From positions 19,282,001-19,346,000 of the forward strand of contig CM060734.1 in the NCBI GenBank assembly GCA_030704615.1: DNA of 64,000 bases, written 5' to 3'. This DNA is from Takakia lepidozioides. Its lineage: Eukaryota > Plantae > Bryophyta. The position numbers and the translations under genes are program-made. The notes under the pieces were generated by a model that saw only the letters and a program-made list of their open reading frames with translations, had not been told where the DNA came from and did not search any database. Position 1 is the stretch's first letter, and every line of letters begins with the position of its first letter. Shown piece by piece: positions 33,601 to 46,660 of the stretch.

Positions 33601-36600
33601 AATGTCAAGCCCACTCCATTTTACTTTTTCTTGCACCCTCCATGTCTTTTTCTGTGTGTCTCTCTCTCATCATGAACGCTAGAGGCTTTTGGAGGATTTG
33701 GAAGCCCATTCATTATTATATGGAGTGGAGTGGGGCTTTAAGTAGTCACCCCCCAATTTTCCGTCTTTCCTCTGTCTCCCCATCTGATCTAGGCCACAAG
33801 GCCATGACCAGAGCAAGCCTTCTGCTACATGATCATTTCCTTACAGTCACCATCCTTCTTTCCTGCTCTTTTTCCTCCCCTCGGTATCATGATGTGTCGT
33901 TAACAGTCTGCCATCAGACGAAGTGTTTGAGGGAAAAGCCATGTAAGCGTAATTATGAAGGCATGGAGCTTTTCTTATGAGTTCTAAACAGAGCAGTATG
34001 TTTTCTCTGTTGGGCTGTGCAGAAGGCGAGCAATGTATTTCCACATGCAGGCCTTCAAGTCAGTGGATGCCATTGTGTGTCCCACCACTGCGTAAGTTTC
34101 TTCCTCTCGTCAACGCCAATGAGCTGATGGCTTACTTAGGTTCCTGATTTGAACAATCCTGCTTTGTCATTCACAACCTGATTCAGATGATTGTATGTAC
34201 TGCAGTTCATCAGCACCAATAATTCCACCAGAGTCTTTGAGTTCAGGTGAAACAGATTTGGAGAAAACTGGTAAGCTTTCAAACCATTTCCTTCTATTCT
34301 TTGTCTCCATGTGAGGTTCCAATATGTCTTCTACTCTGCTTCACTGGGTGTTCCCTCATGATTTGAACATGACACTTCATTGGAGATGATGGTGATCTAT
34401 TGTTCACTAAAAACATTTGTTTATGGGTCACCCCTAATGCTAGTGGTCATATTCTTTCAACCGCATCCATTGAAAGTGGTTCACTGCTTTTGAAGATAAA
34501 ACAGCTTATCTGTAGGGATGTTACTTACTGGAGCAGGTTTTAGCCAAGTTGACTCTCAAATGATTGACTGTGGGGTATGCATTGTTTGATTGACATTCAG
34601 GGAACCTGATGCGCTTCATGACTTCCCCAAATTTTCTGGGCCTCCCAGCCATCTCTGTTCCGGTACATTCCCTGTACCACTTCTGAGAATTATTATGTCT
34701 GTGTGAGGCCCAAGTTATGAGGAACTGACCTCTGTTCCTTACCTGCATGTGGCACTCCGCCTTCATGCTACCTTTGAGGTGTAGGGACTGTGTGCTTGCA
34801 TGAGAATACCTAGGACATTGTATCAGAAATTGCATGTTGTCTTCTGGCCACCCGTACTCGGGCATTGACATTCTTCCTTTCTTCTGCAGCTGTTTATTGG
34901 TCAAAGGTAGACTGCCCTGCCCTGAGTTCATATTTCAGTCTACTGTGGAGGCTAGGTTGGCCGTTTAGATCATCCTTAAGGTCCTTGCTAAGAAACTTGC
35001 CAGAGATTTCTTGCAAGCTTCTTAGACGTTAGACTGTCAATTTTTATGTTCTAGGGCATAATACCATTTCACTAGTGGTTGTGGGTTCAAAACCACATAT
35101 GTATTGGATATCATAAAGGTGTCCACCATCGGAAGGCAGTAGCCCTTGTGTCACTTGCTTCGGCAAGAGTCCACATTTTTATTTTCAGAGGAGTTGCTGG
35201 ACTGTCGGTCACTGTGAGGCGCAAGTGGAGAATGCTTGTGTGAGATATAAATAGATAGAGAGAAGCTTAATAAGGTCCAAAGTGGGGACAAGGGCCCATG
35301 TGACAGGGCAGAACATACCGGGAACTAACAGATTACATCTAGTGTTACCTGTAGACGAAGTTCCTCAAGCAGAGACAAAGTGTTGAATGGCTAAAAGATG
35401 AAGTGCAACAGAGAGACTGACTGTCAACCAGATGGAATAGGAAAATGAGTTACACTCTAGGTCCTTTCCTGAATCCATCATTGTGTTGAGTGAGCCAGGT
35501 GGGGCATGACTCCAACGGGTTGCCAATTGGATTGCAACTAATAGGGCGCCCATGGCAGGAAGCCACACTCCTTCGAATGGCCACAGCCATCGAGGTGCAA
35601 TTGTCGCCTATCATATCCCACATGTTGTTGCTTGAGTTGTTCTAGAACTACTTCAAGCTTTTATTATCAATGGTTTTGTTCGCTGGCAAGAGGTTGGAGA
35701 GACATACATATCTCTTCCATTCTTTCTCTCTTTGTTCATTCTTTTGAAGTGGGTGCTTGTTGTTCCACTTCGTCAGCAGGTTTCTTCTGTCATGTTTCCA
35801 CTTCTTTTTTCCCATAGGCTCTTTGAGCTTCCTGTGGATGTTTTCCCTTCTTTCTCTCTCATGGTCTTCAATGGCCAGGCTGATCGTAGATTCATCTTCA
35901 ACCAGCAGGAAATTGAGATTGTGAAATCATACCGGTACCTAGGTCTGGTTATCCACTCCCCCAAGTTTCACTTTGCAGCCACTGCCTTGGACAGGTTGAC
36001 TAAAGGTAAGGCGGCCTCCGTCCGCCTTCAGGCCAAATGCAAGCAAATACATCTGCGGCATCCCCCGACCAAAAAGTGGCTGTTTGACACCGTCGTCAGC
36101 CCTGCTACCATCTATGGTTGTGAGTTCTGGGCACCTGGTGTCCCTGTCTCCTGGTGGGAAAAGAATTTGGAATCATTACAGTCATCTTTTCTCCAAGCAA
36201 TGCTTGGCACCAGGAGCACAACTCCATCTCAGATCCTAGGTGCAGAGTTCGCATGTGTACCATTGCAATCCGAGGCCCTCTTCAGGCTTACAATCTTTCT
36301 CCATAGATTGCAGGCCCTTCCACCCAAAGGGCTAGTGGCAAGGGCCCTCACAACATCTATGAGGCTCAAAGCTGCAGGTTTCAGGAACTCCTGGTATGCT
36401 CGAGTGGACAGTTTATTTCAACGTAACGGACTTTCTACTGCTTTCCTATTACCAATGAACCCAGATGAGGTGGACATCACATCCAGACATGACCGCAACA
36501 GACTCATTCGGAGAGAGCTTATGGAATTACATGTCAAGAGAACTTGGATGCTACCCAATCTCACGACAAAGCTCCACTTCTATCGAGAGACATTCTTGGT

Positions 36601-37398
36601 GCTCCGCGATGATAGAATCTTGAGACCAAATTACCTTTCAGCACCCTTATCTCCTTCCCTCTTGAGGGCATTGGGGCGGTTCAGGGTGGGTTCCCACAAC
36701 CTACGGATAGAGACTGGCAGATGGGAAAACCTGCAACGGGAGGACCGCCTATGTCCAGCTTGCATAGGGCGCAGCAAGGAAATTGAAACTGAAGAACACT
36801 TCTTCTTCTACTGCCCTCTATACTGCGAGATCCGTGGGAGATTTCACTGTTTATTCAGTGGAACCCAAACTCTCACTGATGTCTTTCACTACGAGGATCA
36901 AAAATGCGTGGCAGCCTACCTACACGAGGCCTTCACCCTTAGACAATCGCTAGAACATTAATTGTGGTTTCTGGATTTGTTCCTCTCATGTTTTCTTCCA
37001 TTTTGTCCCATAAGCTCTACGAGCTTTCCGCAGACGTTATAAAGCACCATTTCATTTCATTTCATTTCTCTCTCCCCCTCTCCCTCTTTCTTTTGTCCCA
37101 TAAGCTCTTGGAGCTTCCGGTAGACACTACAAGTTTTGTTCATTCTTCATTTTTTCTTTGTCTAGTCTGCAATGATGGTGGGCCTCATTTTATGCCCCCC
37201 TATCCGGCTCAAATTACATTTCACTGTGACTTCTAATGACTTCCTTTCACGGGGGCAAGGACAGGGAACAGAAACCCTAGATCAATGCTTTCTTTCTCAA
37301 TATCTATGGCTGATACCTACCAATTACTTGCTATTTCGCAGGAACTATGTCTACCACTGAGGAAAAGGCCGGGAACATTCTATAATCATTTGGAGTAA
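27617..37398 (+). CDS. FAAH: Fatty acid amide hydrolase (amidase signature family), multi-exon
   Basis: Exons encode [61 protein letters not shown] and [19 protein letters not shown]; ATG 27617, stop 37398. Confidence 0.92.
28975..29270 (-). mobile_element. SINE-like repeat, copy 2, with a ~130-bp internal extra segment (FAAH intron)
   Basis: GAAGGGCTACTACCTTC..GGAAGGTGG and TTTGAACCCATGACCACT match the other copies. Confidence 0.5.
31065..31569 (-). mobile_element. LINE family A 3' fragments, rearranged (FAAH intron)
   Basis: [17 protein letters not shown] zinc knuckle; closely similar to 45868-46660; 15-bp TSD at 31480-31494 and 31570-31584. Confidence 0.85.
31868..32166 (-). mobile_element. 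Two tandem 5'-truncated LINE family A copies
   Basis: Both begin ATGTACTCATA on the + strand; CAGGGAAGGAGAGA occurs at 31854, 32110 and 32167. Confidence 0.85.
35052..35175 (+). mobile_element. SINE-like repeat, copy 3
   Basis: GGGTTCAAAACC box B-like motif followed by AAAGGTGTCCACC..GGAAGGCAGTAGCCCTT. Confidence 0.5.
35860..37070 (+). mobile_element. LINE family B, 5'-truncated: RT C-terminus and zinc knuckle, 3' stem-loop, (ATTTC)n tail (last FAAH intron)
   Basis: ORF 35732..36961 with [21 protein letters not shown] and [12 protein letters not shown]; tail CATTTCATTTCATTTC. Confidence 0.9.
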
Positions 37399-38326
37399 AA
37401 TCACCAGTGCAACCTCTCAAGAGTCCCACTGAATCTCACAAAGGAGTCTGGCAAGTGAGTTCCCAGCTAGTGAGGAAATAAGCTGGGATTTCCTACTATT
37501 AATGGTGAGTTTGTAGCTCTCGTGTTTAGGAAACTTGGGATCTCTAAACCATGGGAAGTTGTGCGAGTAGTGTTTTAAGAGTACTCGCACCAGATCTGAT
37601 GACCAACCCTTTACCCTAGATTCAACATTCCCAATCAGTGACTAGTTTGGTTATATTACAGGTGTTAGGAGGAAGCAGATGCCCAATGGATTTGCCCATC
37701 TTCTACCTTGAGGCTACTCTAGAACTCAAGAGAAAGACAGTGTAAAGACATGAAAAGGTGTACATGAAATTCTGAGTATGATACTCATCTGAGACTGGAA
37801 GATTCTTGTCTGCCCAGATTGCATTGTCCGACTCTCCTGAAATGCAGTGCTGTGTGTAACAATGGGGTTGAATGTTCATAGACAACAGTAGAATATCACA
37901 ATACACTAGTACTCTAGAGAACATATTTCCAAGGCAAATAAGGCTCCGAAGGGGAGCTTCTCCGGGTGAGCCTAGGTCTACAGCACTGTGTTTTCTGTTG
38001 GAGCAATGCTCTTGCAAGGCAGTTCTGCAATTTGTGCTTTCCCTTTGGCAGCTCTCAATCTCCTCCGTCAATTGGTCTACATGCTCCTATCTTGTTCCTG
38101 TGTTTATGATGGGTTGATGGTATTTAAGGTGGCATGTACTTCTGCTACATACTTGTCTACACCTTCTGCTCCCTTGCCTTCCTCTCCGTCATCACCCGCT
38201 CTACTATGTCATCAAGCCACTTGATGTATTCACAGAACAGCAGTCACCGTTTCAGTAGAACGCTCAGTAACACTATCAGAAGGATTTCACCACTAATGAG
38301 GTAGGAAAAAGGAAGGATTAGGGACC

Positions 38327-38882
38327 TGGCCACTTCTTCTTTCTCAGTGCCAAATGTCCGCACCACCCTGGCCAAGGGTAAAGTTTCTTCTGCAACCTGT
38401 GGAACAAAAACCCCTCCTATGCCAGGCAAGTCAATGGCCACCTATTTACTGCATGTCCTTCCTCCCTCACAATAATGTACAAAACTCTGCATACACGTAT
38501 CATGGGCTAAATTCAACCTACCCCATGCTCATCCTCTCCAAACGAGAAGAAAAATAGGAGCAAATAGAGGATACATTCCCCTTGCAAAGATCCATGCTGT
38601 AATGAAGATGACCCCAACATAGATACTCTAGAGATGTATACATGCACAAATGAAAACCACACACACTATGTGCAGGCATTGACGTGGCACATGAGTGCTT
38701 TTCAATCAGCTGCATGGATGAATGTGCATTGAGGCTGTGAGGGTTGTGCACCTGGAGACTGTTACGGAACATAAGTTAACATGGAGATCATTGCCAATGA
38801 TACGTGACACCTGCTGACAGTCGGATCCCAGTCGACTGGTGAGTGCCCCCACTGCCTCAGTCAAAAATTGAGATGTCCTGCA
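38327..38882 (-). pseudogene. ABCB (TAP-like) half-transporter unprocessed pseudogene fragment
   Basis: Exons DISIFD/EAVGALTSRLGSDCQQVSRIIGNDL/MFRNSLQ (frameshifted) and VAEETLPLARVVRTFGTEKEE with splice sites; no nucleotide-binding domain nearby. Confidence 0.75.
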
Positions 38883-39866
38883 ATCACAATCTTTGTTGAG
38901 AAAATGATGTTTAGCCCCACACAGATCAGTGTTGAGTGGCATCCTTCTCATTACTGTGCTAATTTTCTGTGAATTACCAATCATATACAGGGTTTTGATC
39001 CAATCAATGTTAAGTGATACTATCTTCAATGTCTTCAGAGCATCCAGATTGAGGCACCTCCACAATTTCACTTAGTGACCCGTGAAATTGGTGTACTGGT
39101 AAATGTACGGAGTTGGTTCCTAACATTGTTCTGAAGAATCTTAAATCCAGGCAGGAAGGCTATTGCCCAATTCTCTTTCACACGAACATCTCCATCACAG
39201 ATGCACTGGACTTGGAGAAGAGTGAGTGAGGACAAAGGCAGATCTATCTGATGGAAAAGTAATCCAATAAATGATGATGATTATGATAAGTCAGACTGTT
39301 TCTCATCCATTGTAGGGGTCGCCATCCATTAGGTCTAGCATTTGTGGGCGGAAAGGTGCGAGGAGTTGTGGGCGATATGTGGAATCGGAAGTGAATGTCA
39401 GATGGTTTGAAGAAGCAAATGCGGGGCAGTGGAGACAAGTAACTTAGAGAAGGAGGATGTTTATGGACAGGGATGTGAGGAAGGAAGGCAGCTGGAGGTG
39501 CAAAAATTGCAATGGCCGGGCTCACCTTCGGCACGGAACTTGTCAACTCGAGCTGCTATTCAAAAAGCCGAAGTGTAGATTTGGAGAAGCTTTGGACCCA
39601 ATGCTTTGCGAACTCCAGTCCAGTGCTCTATCGAGGTAATAAGGTGAATGCTTGCAGACAACAATATATACTTAGCATATGGGCCAAAAGTGGGATCCTC
39701 TCATCGTGGGGTGTCTTGTTCCACATTGCTGCTGATTTCGAAGAGTGTGGGAACCAACTCTGAAGTCGGCACAAGGTCTAATGATGGAGATGAAGAGAGG
39801 TAGGGAGACATGAGGATGCGGTTATCTAGGATGACGAGGAAGGTGTCTATGTTGGAATTGGTTGTT

Positions 39867-39892
39867 GAGAGAGAGAGAGAGAGAGAGAGAGT
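39867..39892. repeat. (GA)n microsatellite
   Basis: Direct reading. Confidence 0.9.
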
Positions 39893-40463
39893 CCTTATGG
39901 ATTTTCTTGCCAAAGCCCTCGGTTGTGGCTGCGAAATTTGCAAGATATCGCTCCAGTATAGCCTTCTCTTTCCAGTATAGTCTTCTCTGTCGGGACTCTG
40001 GTGCTCTTGCCTGGAGGTTATCGGTGTTTTTGGCTTCACTTTTGAGCTCCGAAAGGGATACCTATTGTACTCTGATTCTTTCTCTCTCTGCGGTATAAAA
40101 TAAAAATTAAAATTACAGACATATAGAGATGTCTGAGGCCAAATTTGCTTTAAGCTCTTAGTAGAATCACATCTTTAATTTAATCACCAAAGAAAGTTTT
40201 TCAAAACCTTTGCAGAAATTTTTGTAACTTGTCGTCAGTTTGAAGGTGAATGATGGTGGATGTGGTTCTCAGTGTGTAGAAGGACAAGTTTGGTATTGCA
40301 GCTGGTCTCTGAGTTGGTTTATTTACCCAGTTACTGTGACCCCGAATATAAGGGTAACCTATTAATAACCATTCTTAGATGCGAAGAGATCTTTCTTCAA
40401 AGTATGTAGGTGCTTTGAGACACTCTCTGATCTGTCAATGTTTGTAACTGAGAGTTTTAAGTC

Positions 40464-42902
40464 ATGCAGATGGCAGGGCCAAATGAGGCACAGTTGTCTA
40501 AATCAGGCTCCTCCACCAAAACGACTGGTTTTGAAAGAGGACCTAAAGAGGGAGTCAACAACAGCTCTTCTGGCTTTTGTGGGGATGTCAGAATACTATG
40601 TAAGGCTGGAGAACGAAAACAGGGGCTGCGATTTTTGAACCAACAAGGCATTTTGGCAGACTCCCAAATTTACATTTGTCTCTTGCAGGAGTGCATCAAG
40701 AGGGAAGACCTAGCAGAAGGAAAGCAGTTGCATGCGTACATTATCCAATGTGGATTGAGACCAAACATCTTTCTAAGCAACACCCTTGTCAACATGTATG
40801 CCAAATGTGGGAGTTTGGTGGATGCACGCCTAGTGTTTGACAAAATGCCCGAACGAGATGTGTCTACATGGAATATAATGATGGCAGGATATGCCAAGCA
40901 TGGTTATGGTAGGGAGGCCCTTGAGGTCTATGTGCAAATGGTACGGGGAGGGGTGAGGCCTAACAGGATCACGTTCATTTGTGCTCTCAAGGCATGTGCG
41001 AGCCTGGCAACCCTAGACAAGGGTAAAGAGGTGCATGCGGACATAATCAGAGCTGGAATTGCTCGAGATGTTATTCTGGAGACTGCCCTTGCTGATATGT
41101 ATACCAAATGCAGGAGCATGAAAGATGCACGTCAAGTATTTGATAATATGATTCGACGAAATGTGGTCTCATGGAATGTGATGATTGCGGGATATGCTCA
41201 GCATGGGTGTAGTAGAGAGGCCGTGCAACTATTTAAGCACATGCAAGAAGAAGGCCTGAAGCCAAATGTGGTCTCCTGGAGTGCGATGATCGCAGGATAT
41301 GCTCAGCACGGTTGTGGTGGGGAGGCCTTCCAGACCTATGAAGAGATGCTACAGGAAGGGTTGACCCCAAATAGAGTCACGTTCATTTGCCTTCTGAATG
41401 TGTGTGCCAGCCTGGCTGCCCTGGAAAAGGGAAAAGAAGTCCATGCTGACGTCATCAAACGTGGAGTTGCTCCAGATGTTATTCTAGAGACCGCCCTTGC
41501 CGACATGTACGCCAAATGCGGAAGCATGAATGATGCACGTCAAGTGTTTGACAATATGGCTCAACGGAATGTGATCTCATGGAATGCAATGATCGCAGGA
41601 TATGCTCAGCAGGGGTATGAGAGGGAGGCCCTTCAACTATTTGAACAAATGCAACAGGAAGGTTGGAAACCGAATGTGGTGTCATGGAATGGCATGATCA
41701 CAGGATATGCTCAGAATGGGTGTGGAAGGGAGGCTATAACGATGTATGAAAGAATGCTACGAAAAAGGGTGAAGCCCAACAATGTCACGTTCATCTCTGT
41801 CCTCAATGCATGTGCCAGCCTGGCAGCGCTGCAAAAGGGCAAAGAAGTCCATGCCAACATCATTGAAGTGGGAATCGCACAAGATATTAAATTGGACAAT
41901 ACTCTTGTTGACATGTATGCCAAATGTGGCAGCGTAAAGGATGCGTGTCAAGTGTTTCATAATATGGCCAAGCGAGATATGGTGTCATGGAATGTGATGA
42001 TCGCAGGATATGCTCAACATGGGTGTAGTATAGATGCCCTGCAACTACTTGAACAAATGCAACAAGAAGGTTTTAAGCCAGATGGTATCACCTTTGTATC
42101 TATTCTCTCTGCATGTAACCATGTAGGTGCAGTGGAAGAAGGTCGGCACTACTTTCATTCCATGAGTGAAGATCATGGCCTCACTCCTGCACTTGAGCAT
42201 TTTTGCTGCATGGTAGACCTCCTTGGCCGTGCAGGGCAATTGGATGATGCAAAGAATTTTATCAACAAAATGCCAATTGAACCAGGTGGCTCTGTGTGGC
42301 GGGCGTTGCTTGGTGCGTGCAGAATTCATGGGAACGTGGAGCTAGCAGAATGTGCTGCAGAATGCCTTGTCAGGTTGGATCCAGAAGATGCTCCAACTTA
42401 TGTGCTGCTATCGAACATCTATGCTGCAGCTGGCAGGTGGGATGATCAAGGAAGGGTAAGAAAAATGATGAATGACAGAGGTGTCAGAAAGGTGCCAGGG
42501 CGCAGCTGCATTGAGGTGCACAACCAGTTCCATACGTTTGCTGTAGATGACGAAGGGCATCCACAGATTGAGGAAATCCATGCTGAGCTGAAGAGATTGT
42601 ATGGGCAAATGAATGGGACTGGGTATGCACCGGACACAAAGTTTGTACTGCACAATATGGCGGAGGATGTAAAGGAATTTTCTCTTTGCCATCACAGTGA
42701 GAAGCTGGCCATTGCTTTTGGGCTCATCAGTACACCCCCTGGGACACCTCTCCATGTCGTCAAGAATCTTCGGGTGTGTGGTGACTGCCACACAGTCACC
42801 AAGTTTATCTCAAAGATTGTTGGGCGAGCAATTGTTGTGCGTGATGCCAACCGTTTTCACCACTTCCAAGATGGGGTTTGTTCTTGCGGGGATTACTGGT
42901 GA
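40464..42902 (+). CDS. PLS-class PPR protein with E1-E2-DYW deaminase domain (organellar C-to-U editing factor)
   Basis: 812-aa ORF; P/L/S repeats; PG box, HSEKLA, CGDCH and terminal DYW. Confidence 0.97.
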   Translation: MQMAGPNEAQLSKSGSSTKTTGFERGPKEGVNNSSSGFCGDVRILCKAGERKQGLRFLNQQGILADSQIYICLLQECIKREDLAEGKQLHAYIIQCGLRPNIFLSNTLVNMYAKCGSLVDARLVFDKMPERDVSTWNIMMAGYAKHGYGREALEVYVQMVRGGVRPNRITFICALKACASLATLDKGKEVHADIIRAGIARDVILETALADMYTKCRSMKDARQVFDNMIRRNVVSWNVMIAGYAQHGCSREAVQLFKHMQEEGLKPNVVSWSAMIAGYAQHGCGGEAFQTYEEMLQEGLTPNRVTFICLLNVCASLAALEKGKEVHADVIKRGVAPDVILETALADMYAKCGSMNDARQVFDNMAQRNVISWNAMIAGYAQQGYEREALQLFEQMQQEGWKPNVVSWNGMITGYAQNGCGREAITMYERMLRKRVKPNNVTFISVLNACASLAALQKGKEVHANIIEVGIAQDIKLDNTLVDMYAKCGSVKDACQVFHNMAKRDMVSWNVMIAGYAQHGCSIDALQLLEQMQQEGFKPDGITFVSILSACNHVGAVEEGRHYFHSMSEDHGLTPALEHFCCMVDLLGRAGQLDDAKNFINKMPIEPGGSVWRALLGACRIHGNVELAECAAECLVRLDPEDAPTYVLLSNIYAAAGRWDDQGRVRKMMNDRGVRKVPGRSCIEVHNQFHTFAVDDEGHPQIEEIHAELKRLYGQMNGTGYAPDTKFVLHNMAEDVKEFSLCHHSEKLAIAFGLISTPPGTPLHVVKNLRVCGDCHTVTKFISKIVGRAIVVRDANRFHHFQDGVCSCGDYW

Positions 42903-45867
42903 CCTGAACCACAATCTGTATCTGGAATTTTATGCTGTATGTTACTGATAAGGAGAATTGGGTGAAATGGATGTTGCGGCAGCAGAAACAAACCGTAAGA
43001 TTTTTTGTCCACTTAGGCTTGTTGAAGAGTATGTCTGGATAAAGATAAAAAACATCCAAATGCAACCACTGATTTCAGATATTCTAAAACCAACTTACCC
43101 ACTCACAAAACCTTTTGCAGCATGAATACCTTCAACATCCTCAACATCATAGTTCACTTCTTTGTTGACAGCTATGTGGTACAAATAGCTTCCTCTCTTT
43201 TGAAGCTTTTTGCAATTTTGACGCAGAAGTAAAGTTTTCAAGCTTCTTAAAACTCGTCGAGTTTTGGGATCACTCTACCACCGTGAATCTTCTCAACTCC
43301 GAGACTCTTCTCAATAATAGCTGACAAAGATGCAGGGGACATGTACCAATACTGCTGATCTCCAGCCATCAGTGCATTGGATGTTGGCTAGGGACTCGCC
43401 CACAACCTCAATCCGTGAAAACCATGGGAGGTTTTCGTAATAGACTTCAGAGGAAATTCTTGGCGAAGGTAGTGCAGGAAAATGTTGTACTCGCCCACAC
43501 ATTAGTGGAGTAGGAGGATTAGTAGATAGTGCAAGTGCAATCAAGTCTCCATTCTTGAGGGCACTAGAACCTGGAGTTTTAGGTGCTTCATTGTAGGTTC
43601 AGTAGTTTTTCCAGTTCTTGTCTCCTTTCAAGCTTATGGAAGTCCTTTGACAAATTAGCATGTAGGGTATGCTCAAAAATTTCTTCAGATTTGGACTTGA
43701 TGTTTGCAAATGTAGAAGCAAAAACTTTCAGCATCTTTCAAATTCTTCAAGATTGTCGTTGGTTTTTGGCTGTCTAATAGATGTTGTTCACTAAGAGATC
43801 CAGAAATGCCCTGCAGTTCAGTCTTGTTTCTCTGAGTTTGATCCACCTAAAGTAATCAGGCTTCTACTGAGAATTTCCTTGCTCAAAATAAAGCTTTCCA
43901 GAGCACAAGAAATCTGACTTATTCTCTTTCTACCAGTGTTCCAGAAGGACTCAGAATATCTCAGCTAAGCTGAGGCAGTGAGGGTCCTTTGTTTTGCAAA
44001 AAGAGAACTCAAGACAATTCACGTATTGATACGACGTTTGCCGATCAGTAGAAGTGACCGATCAGTACCAAACAGAGCCTTGTTGTGCTCCCATGACCTG
44101 CGAGGGGGCCCCAAGCCCCTTGGAACCAGCTGCTTTTCTGCTATGTTCGTTCTCGCGATACTGCTGTATCTCTTCTGGGAGCTGCAGGAAAAATCTCCGG
44201 GGTGCATCAGTTTTCCGAAAATGGGATCACTGTAAAGTTACATTTAAAATGTAGACTGCACACGTTGTTTAATGTGAGATTTGTGCTTCTATGTCATGGA
44301 TTTGACCCCTGGACAACAGAGACAGCAAGAGAGTTGTGCTCATTACCGAGAAGAGTGCAACCAGAGCCTATTCAATGCCATAGACAACTTGCAGTGGGGG
44401 GTTGATCTCCCCATAATTCCTTACTCAGTAGAATCACAAAATAGACACCGTCTTCCCTCATTCTTCACTCTCTGGATTATCTGCAGCCCATTCTACATGT
44501 ACATCCTTCTCACCGACAATAAATCGAAAGTGATGATAGAAAAATTTGGAGGACCCGAGCCACTTGTGTTGTGCATTTCATATCTAGACGGTATCATTAT
44601 ATCCAGCAAGAACTCCGCGTTGTGTGAAATCCACATATGTGACAGATTTCTTGGAGTGTCTGCCTGGCAGAGTAAGGCAAACAGTATTGGAGCATTCTTG
44701 AGTGAAGACGAACTAGCGCCTCCTGAAGGTAAGCAGCATGTAAATAGAAAGACGGGGTCATGAGAGGGAAAGACTCACAGCTGTGTTTTTCTGCTTCCAG
44801 CTTTGGCAGGCCAGCTTGCCCAGCTCCTTTTGCAAGTGCTGGACCCCCTGTATCGAATTACTAAGAAAGACTGCAACTTGCTGGGGAGTGCACGACAACT
44901 CATGAGTTTGCATTTCGGCATTAGCCATCTCTGCACCTTCCTGCACATTACTGCAACAATGTCATGCACACGGTTGGAGAAAGTTGGCCTGATCGGGTAC
45001 TCCTTTCAATCTACAATTTGACAACCAGCTTCATCACAACCGCGAATGGTACCTTGTGGTGAGAGATGCTCATCTCCACCGAGTTCCTGTCCATTTGACT
45101 CGATATGAAGCCCCGAAGATAAGGGGCTGCAGGGAAGTAGAGAGACATGTCTTACTTGCCGATCTACTTGGAGGACAAGAAAGTTTACCCATAAATACTG
45201 TCTCGACTGTGACCCATGTCCATAGTAGTCCTCGGTCACCTTCTCTCCTAGGCTTGCCTCATACTGTTGATCCTGCAACCCTCTCCGATCTACTTGCATG
45301 TTAAGACAATCTCTCTAAAGCCGTGCTAGTTTTGTTTTTTTGTTAGCCTGATGAATCATCCATCTCCAAAATCTTGACTTGTGGATTCAAGTTTGAGGTA
45401 CTCTTCTGATGAAATGTTTTCAGGAGGGCATTGGAGATCTCAACCGAGAGTTCTCGTTTCCGGAAGAGCACCGGTCGAGCTTAGAGTAGACGTCATCCTT
45501 TGTAAAAGAGGAATGACAGAACTCTTTAGGAGAAACAAACTTTGCATGAGGTGTCTGTGATAACCTTCTTCAGGGATTCAAGGTAGTCTTCAAGGTTCGG
45601 CAGCAAGGACAGCAATTCAGACGGATCACTGGGCAGGGCTCCAAGCTCCACGAATTCAGCCCTTCGTAACGCGGCTTCTGCGTCTTCGAGTTGCGTCTGG
45701 GTATGTTTGTACCGCAGCCAGCATTCAAGTGCTTCGTTGTCTTTCTTAAGTACTTCTCTAGACACACCCAAAAATTCATTATACGGTATGGAGTTCATGG
45801 GAGGAAGAACGATCCGACTATTGACTCAATATGCAGAGGTTTATCCAGCTAATGCGGGATGTTTGAG

Positions 45868-46660
45868 AGATTGTACTCATAAGACGTTGTTTGCCGTAGC
45901 CTTGTGGCCATTGACCCCGCGCCCAGTTTGAGCGGGAACAAAAGGGACAGAACCTACCCCTGTCAGGGGCTGACGTTGGTAGTAAGACTTACCTCCATAT
46001 AAAGAATTAATCCGGGTTTTCCAGATATCCTCTAGAAATCCCTTCACACAAGCATCAATCTGCTGTGTGTGATTTGCCCAAAAACTAGGCCTCAGGAGGG
46101 CCTGGGCTTTTGGCTCAGCCTTGAGACTTTCAAAGTTGGTAAACAGGGGTACAGGCACAATTCCCTTAATAGATTTGAAGAGAGCGTCTCTTTGGTGAGA
46201 GAACCCCGGACAGTGTATCAGAAAATGAATACTGTCTTCAGATTGCCCACAAAACGGGCAATTGCACTCTCCCTTTCCTCTCTGCTTCTGTTTGCTGTTC
46301 AAAGGTAGGCTTCCTGCCCTGAGTTTAAATTTCAGTCTAGTGCCGAGAGTGGGTAGACCCTTGAGGTCATCCAAGATGTCCTCCCCCATGTCACAGACTG
46401 GAAACAAGTTCAGGGAAGTTTTCTGCCTAACTTCATTTTCATCAGACAATCTCATGGCAACAGACATGGCTGAGGACACTACAGCCTCTAAGTCAGATTT
46501 ATCCAGCAGGGTCAAGACTTGCGGATCCAGGTCCAGGTCCTTGAGGATCTCTTCTACTCTCTGTTTGAGAGTAAGGCAGAGAGGAAGGCAAATTCTCTGT
46601 GCCACCCTCTTTACCCCTTTTAGCCTGGTAGCCTCTGCCCTTTGGCAGTGGACAGTAGCC
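45868..46660 (-). mobile_element. LINE family A, longest 5'-truncated copy in the window
   Basis: ORF 45877..46605 with KFKLRAGSLPL..CPFC..HFLIHC; 3' end ...TTATGAGTACA. Confidence 0.88.

Noticed and set aside
40670-42791. Antisense ORFs over the PPR gene (likewise over Pol and B3)
   Set aside because: These are shadow frames of real coding sequence.
43050-45800. Protein-coding gene in the short ORFs downstream of the PPR gene
   Set aside because: Fragmentary frames with stops and no family I can recognise; probably decayed sequence.
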